From contig NW_021836889.1 of assembly GCF_006345805.1 (NCBI RefSeq), forward strand, positions 1 through 22,409: 22,409 nt of DNA. Direction: 5' to 3'. Positions 1 through 9,867 of this stretch are shown one piece after another (the first letter of the stretch is position 1; each line of letters starts with the position of its first letter). The translations under genes and the position numbers were made by a program. This DNA is from Octopus sinensis. Taxonomy: Eukaryota. Below the pieces are notes generated by a model, which was given only the letters and a program-made list of their open reading frames with translations, was not told where the DNA came from and made no database searches.

Positions 1-164
1 GGGTGGGGGTTAATTGAATCCTCGCAGCTAAATTTATAATTAATCATTATAATTAATGATTGCACAACAACCAATTTTTGAGATGCACTCTTCCCTTGCA
101 CTTTTGGTAGCCGCCGCCCCTTACTCCCCGACACCGCTTTACCTCCTCCGTTCACACACCATTC

Positions 165-625
165 TTATTGGTACACCAACACCTCCAGCATCATCACCAT
201 CACCACCACCACCAACAACACCACCACCACAAACCTGCAGAACTAGCACCATTCACCACCATATCCAATACCAATCGATAGTACTAAAACCTCCACATCC
301 GCCACCACCACTATCATCACCAACACTACTACCACCACCATCATCATCACCACTATTGCCATTATTAACAACAGTACTACCACCACGACACCAACACCAC
401 CACTACCACCAGCATCACAGTTACGAACAGCACAAGCACCAACACCACCGCCACAATTATCACCGCTACTACGACTACTACTACTACTACTACCACCACC
501 ACCACCACCACCACCACTACAACTACTGCTACTGCTGCTGTTGGCAGTATCTACATCTATAAACTACCACCACAACACACAGCAAACACTGCCACCATAA
601 CCACCAACACCAGAACAACCACCTC
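165..625. repeat. Degenerate (CAC/CAT/TAC)n trinucleotide low-complexity tract
   Basis: Runs of accaccacc, catcatca and ctactacta; explains the Pro/His/Tyr-rich ORF 56-562. Confidence 0.9.
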
Positions 626-655
626 TACTTTTACACATGACTAATTTTTAAGACT

Positions 656-990
656 GGTACTTATTCAACCGGACGCTTTTTGCCGATCTGCTAAGTTACA
701 GGAACGTAAAAAGATACAGTTGTACAGAGACGGTGGTAGTGGGGGACTAACAGAGACACAAATACTCACACACACACACACACACACAGAAGTACATACA
801 TACATACATACATGTGTGTGTATGTGTGTGTGTGAGTGAGTGGCTTCCGCACAGTTTCCACCAAACAATGTCACTCACGACGTTGGTCGGCCCGGGTCTA
901 TGGTGGAAGGTGCTTGCCCAAGGTGACGCTCAGTGGAACCGAACCTGAAATCACGTAGCTACATTCCTTGATTTTTAACCACAGAGCCAT
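656..990 (-). mobile_element. Diverged tRNA-derived SINE, family 1 (CORE-like), with internal CA/TG microsatellite
   Basis: Colinear with the copy at 20332-20910: ggtacttatt...tttgccga, cagtttcc, cactcac...ttggtcggcccg, cttgcccaaggtg, gaacctg, accacagagcca. Confidence 0.8.
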
Positions 991-1261
991 AATTATAGAA
1001 TCAGTAATAGAAACAGCCACAACCTCCACTAACATCACCCGTTTCCCTCTCTGTCATCACTCACATACGTCATCACTTATACCTGCAAACATAAACGCCA
1101 CTAATTACCTTGTCTCACTAACGTGCCATCATTCCATTGTCGTTAAATTTCACCTATGGCATCTACATGAGAAGCCAGAACATATATTATGTGTGTATAT
1201 ATATATATATAATATATATATATATATATTATATATATAAAAATAGGGACGGCAGGTCTAT

Positions 1262-1322
1262 GGGATTGCCGTAGGTTTCCCGTCCATAAAGGGTTTAGCA
1301 TGATGGCGTATCGTCAGATCCC
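1262..1322 (-). ncRNA. Degenerate inverted copy of the 1352-1412 hammerhead
   Basis: Minus strand reads GGGAU CUGACGA U ACGCCAUCAUG...GGACGG GAAA CC UAC GG CA AUCCC. U16.1 is changed to C and stem II has mismatches. Confidence 0.7.
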
Positions 1323-1351
1323 GAAAACCTGTTATGGGTCAACAAATTTTC

Positions 1352-1412
1352 GGGATCTGACGATACGCCATAAAGCTAAACACTTTATGGACGTGAAACC
1401 TGTGGTAATCCC
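1352..1412 (+). ncRNA. Type I hammerhead ribozyme, complete fold
   Basis: Stem I GGGAU/AUCCC; CUGACGA 1357-1363; extra U; stem II ACG-CCAUAAAG/CUUUAUGG-A-CGU; GAAA 1395-1398; stem III ACC/GGU with UGU loop; GUA cleavage triplet 1405-1407. Confidence 0.85.
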
Positions 1413-1664
1413 ATAAACCGGCCTTCCCCATTTTTAATATATACTGCTCTACATCTTAGAATGTCCTTCTTTCGGGTTTAGGCTTTCAACAAATGATATA
1501 TATATATATATATATACTATATATATATTTGTGTCGATAAATTACCTATTTCTCTGCTGATATACACACAAACCTACCTACCTACCTGCCTGCCTGCCTG
1601 CCTACCTACCTATAATTCTGAGTATTCCGAGCGTTACCTAATGTAATCCTGATTGTCCTTTGTA

Positions 1665-1767
1665 CACCCTGATGAGTTTCCATACAAGATATTTAAAGTG
1701 CAAAATTATATATTCATATATGTTTTGTAATTTTAATTTTGTCTGTGAAATGAAACAATAGTAGGTG
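1665..1767 (+). ncRNA. Type I hammerhead ribozyme with a very long stem II
   Basis: Stem I CACC/GGUG; CUGAUGA 1669-1675; stem II opens GUUUC/GAAAU and continues as an imperfect hairpin over 1676-1751; GAAA 1752-1755; stem III AC/GU with AAUA loop; GUA 1761-1763; AATAAA at 1784-1789. Confidence 0.75.
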
Positions 1768-1964
1768 AATATGTTGACTAATTAATAAATTAATTTGTAT
1801 CCATTAGATCTCTCCTTTTTCCAAGTCGATAATAATGTTCCATATATATATACATGTATACAAACATGAACACAAAAAAGCACGCACGCACATGGGACAT
1901 AGCTTTGCATAAGCAATATCTGTTTGTGTGTATACACGAAGGGGTCCTTCAGTTTTTCTAAGCC

Positions 1965-2460
1965 TTTAGCAGTATTCTTTGGATTATCATAGCCACTGTA
2001 TCAGTACTGCACTCTCTACAGCCATGTGTCTGCTGCACAAATTCAAATATTTCTTAAACCTTTCGACCCAGACTTTACTAGCCAAAATAGCTTCCATTTT
2101 TTTGTTTCATTTCAAGTTTCATTTTGCTTTTTATGCAAATCATCACATGAACATTTAGTTTTATTTTCAAAATTTACATCATGCTCATTGCCACATTGAG
2201 ATGTATTGGATCATCGATCCCTACACTAAGGAGCCGTTCCGTTTTAAGCATCACATAAGAGCTATGAAAAAATAAGATCCGAGCAGTTAACACAGAAGTC
2301 TTTTCGATCATTCGTTTTACATGACGTTGCAAAGTTTAATGCTTTAGCAACGTAGCTAATGTCATCCTCTGCATCAAATCTTTTTGAAATATCAAGTTTA
2401 ATACCCAGTATAATTCTTTTACTGTTCCTATTCACACTACTGCCTTCAGTTGCCCTTCAT
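1965..2460 (-). pseudogene. Tigger/pogo-family transposase relic (N-terminal CENP-B-type HTH domains)
   Basis: Manual minus-strand translation across stops and frameshifts: SKRIILGIKLDISKRFDAEDDISYVAKALNFATS, VMLKTERLLSVGIDD, LASKVWVERFKKYLNL...VESA. These match Tigger motifs (KLDIIKRFE, MERLLSVWIED, ASKGWFERFKKR...GESA). Confidence 0.8.
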
Positions 2461-3338
2461 GGCTACTTCCAGAGATTTTGAAATGTAGGTAAATCCAACG
2501 ACTGTGGTAATGAACAATTATCCACAATAAATATGTAGTAAAAGAAGAAGCACGGGGGAAAGAAGCGTTTGTGAACGCAAAGCATTATTGCTATAGCAGT
2601 AAGAACAGAAATGAGATGAAAGACTGAAGGAGTGAGATGGAAGGAAGTACTTATGATTACAGGTTGTTGAAAGGTTACCAAATTCATGGTACTTCTCGTC
2701 TTGCACTTTTAACTTGAGCCATAAAAATTACACACTCTACTCACACACACTCACTCACCGTTAGGCTTACTTCCAACATATGTAGCTACAGACATTGTAG
2801 CATGCTGATATTTTCATTGCTATTGCCTGTTGGTTATACAAAAGTTGGTAAGCTGGTGTCAGTGGTGCCTGGTGGTCTTATTGTTATTTTTTGGTTGTGA
2901 GAATGATGGTGATGATGATGGTGATGGTGATGGTGATGGTGATGGTGATGGCGGGTGTATTGATGGCAGTGGTAGGATCATATTCTTCTTATTTGTATTG
3001 CTGTAGCTGTTCAACCACAAGTCATTACTCGTTGACCTAAGACCAAGAATATTTCATTCAACTCCCGAAATACGATAGAATACTACATAGCTGCCTATCA
3101 CTATCTTTATTCTATTGACACCCTATTCTACGGTGTATTGAGTTGTAATACTGTTCTATACTCGTCTCTTATTATATTGTACACTATTCTACTTTAGCCA
3201 CAACCCCCACCATATTAGGATCTTTCCCACATGGCAATCAAGAAGATTCGAACGATATTAAAACATGTAGCAGTTCTGAGGTCTAAACACGTGGCTTACG
3301 GTATAAAACGAGGGGAGGGTGGATTCCTGTTGAAAGAA

Positions 3339-3467
3339 GGATGGATGGACGGATGGACGGATGGACGGATGGACGGATGGATGGATGGATGGATGAATGG
3401 ATGGATGGATGGATGGATGGATGGATAGATGGGTGGATGGATAGATAGATGGATAGATGGATGGATG
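3339..3467. repeat. (GGAT/GGAC)n tetranucleotide microsatellite
   Basis: Direct reading. Confidence 0.95.
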
Positions 3468-4075
3468 CTGAAGTCGGCAGAAAGCAATAAAATATCGTAC
3501 TTGTGTTTGTCTGAGTGTACTTATGCATATATATTTGTGTGAATGTGTGAGTGCGAATGAGGAGGAGAAGGGTGATGGCGACGGTGGTTATTTCAATCTC
3601 AGCTGTCCAATATCCATTATATAAATTGAATTGAATAGCAGCAGCGATGTCATGTGACAGTCATGTGACTATCTATTCGCTGGAACATTCTTTCCATCAG
3701 TGAAAGTCAGTGAAAAGTCAGAGAAAAATACTTGAAGAAAAGACAGAGATAGAAAAGGGGAAGAGCGAGAGGATAAGAAGAGAGAGAGTATGTGTATGTA
3801 TGTGTGTGTGTGTGTGTGGTGTGTGTGTGTGTGTGTGTGGTGTGTGTGTGTGAAAGGATGTGTGAGAAGGAGAGGAAGAAGAAAAAGAACTAGATAATCA
3901 GCAGAGTAGATAAGAAAAGAGAGGTACATCTTAGGAAGGATGGCGGGATTAGATATTGGGGGAGAGATTTGTTTAGAATAAATAGGGGAGATGGTGTCGA
4001 CGGTGGGGGCGGGGAGCGGAATAGATCGATTGTGATTATAATGAGTGAAGATGAGAGGATTAGGTTTAGGTGAGA

Positions 4076-4640
<565 letters not shown>

Positions 4641-4887
4641 AACGTGAAGGAGGAGAGCAATTAGGCCTGTCCAATGTATTAACTAATCTAAAAAAGAAAG
4701 AACTCAATACCTATCTAGAGCAAAAACTTGTTATGGAAGGTTGAATCTCCAAAGTCTCATAGTGACCAATAGTCAGTGGTTTCATCATATCTCTGGATTT
4801 ATCTGCCTGGATTTATCGAAGAGTGAAACAGTCCGACTATATTATCAATTATAGACATGCACAAATACATGAATCTCAATGTTTTGA

Positions 4888-5008
4888 TCTCTTTATCTTT
4901 CGCTTGTTTGGTCAATAGATAACGGCCATTCTGGGGCACCGCCATTAAAAATCTTGGTCGAATAAATTGGTCCGCATACTAGTTTTGCTTATATTTTAAA
5001 GGCTGGTA
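4888..5008 (-). mobile_element. SINE family 1 3' tail fragment
   Basis: cttgtttggtcaatagataacggccattctggggcaccgcc resembles cttgtttcagtcgtttgactgcggccatgctggagcaccgcc at 20362-20403. Confidence 0.65.
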
Positions 5009-5081
5009 ACCCATTAACACACACGCACACATATTTCTTTAAAAAAAACCTAAGTGGTGACCTTCAAATGTTCACCTCAGC

Positions 5082-5138
5082 CCTTCAAGACGATGCCCCA
5101 GCATTGCCGCAGTCAAATGACCGAAACTAGCAAAAATA
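5082..5138 (+). mobile_element. SINE family 1 3' tail fragment
   Basis: ccagcattgccgcagtcaaatgaccgaaactagcaaaa matches ccagcatggccgtagtcaaatgactgaaacaagtaaaa at 20221-20258. Confidence 0.7.
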
Positions 5139-5317
5139 CATACATATAAAAGATATATATGTGTGTGTATATGTATAAATACACACACACACACATATGT
5201 ATATATATAAACATATATATACATACAAGTGTATATATATATATATATATATATATCCATGACTTAAATATATATACATATATGCATATATATAAATATA
5301 TATACATACATATATAT

Positions 5318-5668
5318 TGATAGAAATGGCAAGACAACAAAAGAATGAAAGAGATCTCGATATTATGTAAATAGAGGAATTTATCTGTAAATATATGTGA
5401 CAATTATTCGGTAGCCATGATAAAACTCCGAGTTTCGGATGTCGGGACGGAAACCCACGCCGGCATCTCTTCAGTTATCGGGCCATCGACAAAAATGCTA
5501 TGAAAATGACCGTTAAAACAAAGCGAAATTGCTGTAATTTCCCTTTCTTTTAACGGTCATTTCCATAGAATTTTGAAGAGATGGGGACGTGGGCTTCCGC
5601 TCTGACATTCGAAACTCGGAGTTTTATCATGGCTACCGAATAACTGTCACATATTATATTCACAGATA
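5318..5668. mobile_element. Second palindromic hammerhead-bearing element between (TA)n tracts
   Basis: ~285-bp palindrome 5383-5668 centred near 5533; 34-nt perfect inverted match 5404-5437/5610-5643; ~65-bp unique tail 5318-5382; TA-rich microsatellites both sides. Confidence 0.7.
5419..5479 (-). ncRNA. Type I hammerhead ribozyme, complete fold
   Basis: Minus strand: GAUAA CUGAAGA GAUG...CAUC C GAAA CU CGG AG UU UUAUC. Stem I GAUAA/UUAUC extendable by UGGCC/GGCUA; stem III ACU/AGU; GUU triplet, predicted cut between 5424 and 5423. Confidence 0.8.
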
Positions 5669-6354
5669 TATATATATATATATATTTATGTATGTATGTT
5701 TATATATATATATGTATATGTATATGTATGTATGTATTATGTATGTAGTATGTATGTATGTATATCTCCATGACTTAATAAATATATAACGAAATTATCA
5801 TTATCAAACATTTCACCATACTGTTTCCATTCATATAATCTTCTTATTTGCGCTATCTTCACGTACAAACTATATCAGGTTACATTCGCTATATATCACG
5901 GCGATAGAACAGTACGGACCAAGTAGTGTGTGGGGTTTTGCGGTGGTAATAGTGGTATTTAAATGCGGTGCGATAGATATTTAATAGAATACATATATCT
6001 TTAGCCTTCATCTCTGTTATTCATCACATCTGCTTTACGTCTGCTACACGTTTACAACGTCTGCGCCTGCGCCCTGCGTCTCATATTCGTTACGATCGTC
6101 CCTACTTCACCAGCCTTCGCTTCTGTTCATGTTCTGTATCTTAATTATTTCTGTTAACCTCCTTGCGCGTTGTGCCACGATTAGATGGACTCTTGTTCCA
6201 ACATATGTTATGTTTGTATGTTTATATGCAAGCACACACACACACACACACACACACATATGTTTATGTAATTATATATGTGGTTATATGTATACATGCA
6301 CACGTACATGGTTGTAAAAATAACATACATACGAATATAAATATGTATATAATC

Positions 6355-6463
6355 TACATATGTGTATATGTATGCATATATATGCATATATATATATACA
6401 TATATATTATATATATATTATATATATATATATATATTCATATATATATATATATATATATAT

Positions 6464-6520
<57 letters not shown>

Positions 6521-6612
6521 TCATATATATATATATACATATATGTGTGTGTAAATATATATAACCATGCACACTCACACAAACACATATATGTGGATGT
6601 ATGTATATATAT

Positions 6613-6679
<67 letters not shown>

Positions 6680-6795
6680 GCGAACACACACATATACATA
6701 GCAATAGATACACCAAACACATACACACATACACAAACACACATACACACACGCGCATACACACACATACGCACACACACGCACACACACACACA
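6355..6795. repeat. Long (TA)n then (CA)n microsatellite
   Basis: Direct reading. Confidence 0.95.
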
Positions 6796-7343
6796 CTTGA
6801 ACATTTTACCACTCAAGACTATATTGCTTGCTTGTATAAAGCAGAGATTCAGTTATCGATAAGAAAACCTAACGGCCAAATAAAGCATATATACCACAAG
6901 TTTGAACAATTTCTATGTATACGATAACAATAATAAAGGTTATCTTTTGCCCATAAAATTTATATGTATATAATAACAGTAATAAATATTCTATCTATAG
7001 TATTAATAATACATGTTAGTTTTTTTTTTCTCTCCTTTATTTTATTGTTTTTGTGTATGTCGTTTTATGTATATTTGTATATATTGATGTTAGCGATATT
7101 TTATTGTTATTGTTGTTGTTGTTGCAGTTTAACCCTTTACCAAATAGGATTTGATCCATGCGTGGCCAACATGCCTAATTATTTTCCGTAAATACACTCC
7201 GTACTACGTCAAGCGATTGTGTTTCATTTGAAAGTACAAAAACAAAAATGTCTGCGTTGAGCGATTTGCGGGAGATTTGGCTGTTATTTCTCGGAGGACA
7301 AGGAACCAGGTAAAATCTCAGCTCCTCAGTAATACAGGTACAA

Positions 7344-7707
7344 CATCGATTTTTCGGGAATCTTCGCTTCCAAGCCTTTTTCGGATTACTGATTTTTCCA
7401 AACCAGGAATGGTCACCTTAGTCAACAAACTCCCAATTAGAGACATATTTTATTTACATCCATAACTAAATAAAATTTGGCTATCATATCGCCTTTGGGG
7501 GTCAATATGGCCTTGGGGGGGGGGGGATTCATCGATTTTTGAGAATCTTCGCTTCCAAGACTTTTTCAGATTACTGATTTTTCCAAACCAGGGATGGTCA
7601 CCTTAGTCAACAAACTCTCATTTAAAGACGTATTATATTTACATACATAACTAAATAAAATTTGGCTATCATATGGCCCTTGGGGGTCAATATGGCCTTT
7701 GGGGGTC
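7344..7707. repeat. Direct tandem duplication, 186-bp period
   Basis: catcgattttt...gaatcttcgcttccaag...ggtcaccttagtcaacaaactc...aaaatttggctatcatat begins at 7344 and again at 7530. Confidence 0.95.
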
Positions 7708-7969
7708 TATATGACCCTTAGGAGTCTAAATGGCATTTGGGGAATCTATATGTCCCTTGGGAAATCCATATGGCCCTTGTAGATGTATATGGCCCTTGGA
7801 GGTCTATATAGCTATTGGGGGGTTGATACGGCCCATGGGGATCTATAAGGTCCGTGGAGGTCAATATGACCCTTGGGTTATCCATATAGCCATTGGAGGA
7901 TTCATATGGTCCTTGGAGATCAATATGGCTCTTGAGGGGGTCCATTTGGCCGCTGAGGGTTCATATGAG
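7670..7969. repeat. 19-21 bp minisatellite (~15 units, consensus approx. catatggcccttgggggtc)
   Basis: Units read consecutively by eye; two more units close the first duplicate at ~7485-7529. Confidence 0.9.
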
Positions 7970-8047
7970 ATTTTGTAGTAAGGATTAATCCGCAATAAAT
8001 TGGTTATGCTTCTATAATACACAAAATATTTTAATAATCTTTTTATA

Positions 8048-8383
8048 TATTAGGTTGTCTGGAAAGTTCGTGCCGATTTATAGTAGCTTACCTTTCGACG
8101 TATTTTAGGACATGGTTGAGTCCATAAAATAGGATTTGTCTACACCTCCATTTAGGGCACAGTTTAAGCTATCTTTTCGTGGAAGAAGATTTATGTTCTT
8201 ATAACCTGTGTTAATTCTGTAACCCTTTAAAATGGGAGATAAGGAAGTCCATTTTCGGCACTTGAATCTTTGGGATCAAGACAAAAATTGCTGCAACTCG
8301 GCTGAAATGTGTTACCCCACCCACCATATTCACCAGATATTGCTCCTTCGGATTTCCACTCATTCAGGTCTCTGCAGAATAGT
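8048..8383 (+). mobile_element. Internally deleted mariner (DD34D-type) transposon relic
   Basis: TA plus TIR-like ttaggttgtctggaaagttcgtgccga; ATG 8232 gives MGDKEVHFRHL; joined to SLGSRQKLLQLG*NVLPHPPYSPDIAPSDFHSFRSLQNS (mariner YSPDLAPSD motif). Confidence 0.9.
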
Positions 8384-8390
8384 CCAATAT

Positions 8391-8760
8391 ACGTTTGCAC
8401 GCTAGGCGAAATGTTGTCTGCCGCAAATTTCTGAGTTCAAATTCCGCCGAAGTCAACTTTGCCTTTCATCCTTTCGGGGTCGATAAATTAAGTACCAGTT
8501 ACGCACTGGGGTTGATGTAATCGACTTAATCTATGTGTCTGTCCTTGTTTGTCCCCTCTGTGTTTAGCCCCTTGTGGGTAGTAAAGAAATAGGTATTTCG
8601 TCTGTCTTTACGTTCTGAGTTCAAATTCAGCCGCGGTCGACTTTGCCTTCCATCCTTTTGGGGTCGACAAATTAAGTACCAGTTGTGCACTGGGGGTCAA
8701 TTTAATCGACTAGCCCACTCCCCAAAATTTCGGGCGTTGTGCCTAGAGCAGAAAAGAATA
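8391..8760 (+). mobile_element. tRNA-derived SINE family 2, two tandem body units (about 8391-8590 and 8592-8760)
   Basis: B-box-like gagttcaaattc followed by gccttycatccttt-ggggtcgayaaattaagtaccagtt (Meta-domain-like as recalled) occurs twice; other copies in the window. Confidence 0.85.
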
Positions 8761-8767
8761 TTTAACT

Positions 8768-8915
8768 GCTACTTTATTTCAACAACCCGGATGGGATGGG
8801 ATGACAGACAGGCAGGGTTGACCTCGGCAAGATTTGAACTCAGAACGTATAGAGGCGAAAGGAATGCCATTAAGCATATTATCCAATGTGCCAGCGACCC
8901 TACCAGCTCGCCGCT
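8768..8915 (-). mobile_element. SINE family 2, diverged 5' part
   Basis: Reverse complement gives gcggcgagctggtag...acgttctgagttcaaatcttgccgaggtcaac. Confidence 0.8.
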
Positions 8916-9579
8916 TCCTAGCATGTTGTAAAGAAGTTTTAATGTTGTTGAGCAATAGTATAGAGATGCCAGTGGCGGAGGTGGCGACTGCGACAGCAAT
9001 GGTGGTAGTAATGGTAGTGGTGGTAGTAATGGTAGTAGTGGTAGTAATGGTAGTGGTGGTGGTGGTGGTGGTGGTGCCGATGCCCTGTTTATGTAACAGT
9101 TTAATCAGATTCTTATGGAAATATGAACTAAATTCTCCATCATTTCTTATCTTCACCACCTAACCTTTTTATGTTTGTATTTCATCTAACTTTAAGTACA
9201 CACACACACAAACATATTCCACACACAGAGATAGACTCATACACACAGACGCAAACACCTACATACGCTGACAGGCATCCACAAACACGCACACGTACAC
9301 ATATATAAATACACATGTATATACGCATATACATATACATACACATATATATATATATATATGTGTGTGTGTGTACGTATATGTGATGTGTGTATATAGA
9401 GCATTTATGGGCCAGTATGTGTGTGTAAGTGTGTGTGAGTGTGTGAGTGGGTATGTGTGTGTGTGTGTGTGCGTAAGTGTGCGTGTGTGTGTGCATCTGT
9501 TGGATACATTTAACCAATATTCTGTTACACTCCAATTTTGCTTCCTACACAACGGCTACTACCACTGGGACTAGTTAGT

Positions 9580-9639
<60 letters not shown>

Positions 9640-9650
9640 CAGCAGCAGCA
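9580..9650. repeat. (TAG)n-(CAG)n microsatellite
   Basis: Direct reading. Confidence 0.95.
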
Positions 9651-9685
9651 GGAGGAGAAGGAGGTGCAACAACTGCAACAATAGC

Positions 9686-9867
9686 AGCTTATCGGTATTT
9701 CGTCTGCCGCTACGTTCTGATTTCAAATTCCGCTGAGGTCGACTTTGCCTTTCATCCTTTCGAGGTCAATAAATTAAGTACTAGTTGCGTACTGGGTCGA
9801 TCTAATCGACTGCCCCCACTCCCTCCCCGAAAATTTCGGGCCTTGTGCCTAAAGTAGAAAAGAATAA
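9686..9867 (+). mobile_element. SINE family 2 copy
   Basis: ggtatttcgtctgccgctacgttctga...gcctttcatcctttcgaggtcaataaattaagta...aaatttcgggccttgtgccta matches 8592-8760. Confidence 0.85.

Larger units (their letters stand above)
1239..1494. mobile_element. Palindromic hammerhead-bearing element between (TA)n tracts (Penelope-like pseudo-LTR or retrozyme-like, non-autonomous)
   Basis: Ungapped 89-bp inverted arms 1239-1327 and 1347-1435 (11 mismatches by hand), ~60-bp unique tail to 1494, (TA)n on both sides. Confidence 0.7.

Noticed and set aside
56-562. 168-aa Pro/His-rich ORF
   Set aside because: Mostly a translation of CAC/CAT/TAC repeats; no domain or splice support.
7270-7335. Minus-strand CUGAGGA ... 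GAAA
   Set aside because: No stem II or stem I pairing could be built; not a hammerhead.
7670-7969. CRISPR-like appearance of regular repeats
   Set aside because: Units are contiguous and degenerate with no unique spacers, no cas genes, and the context is eukaryotic.
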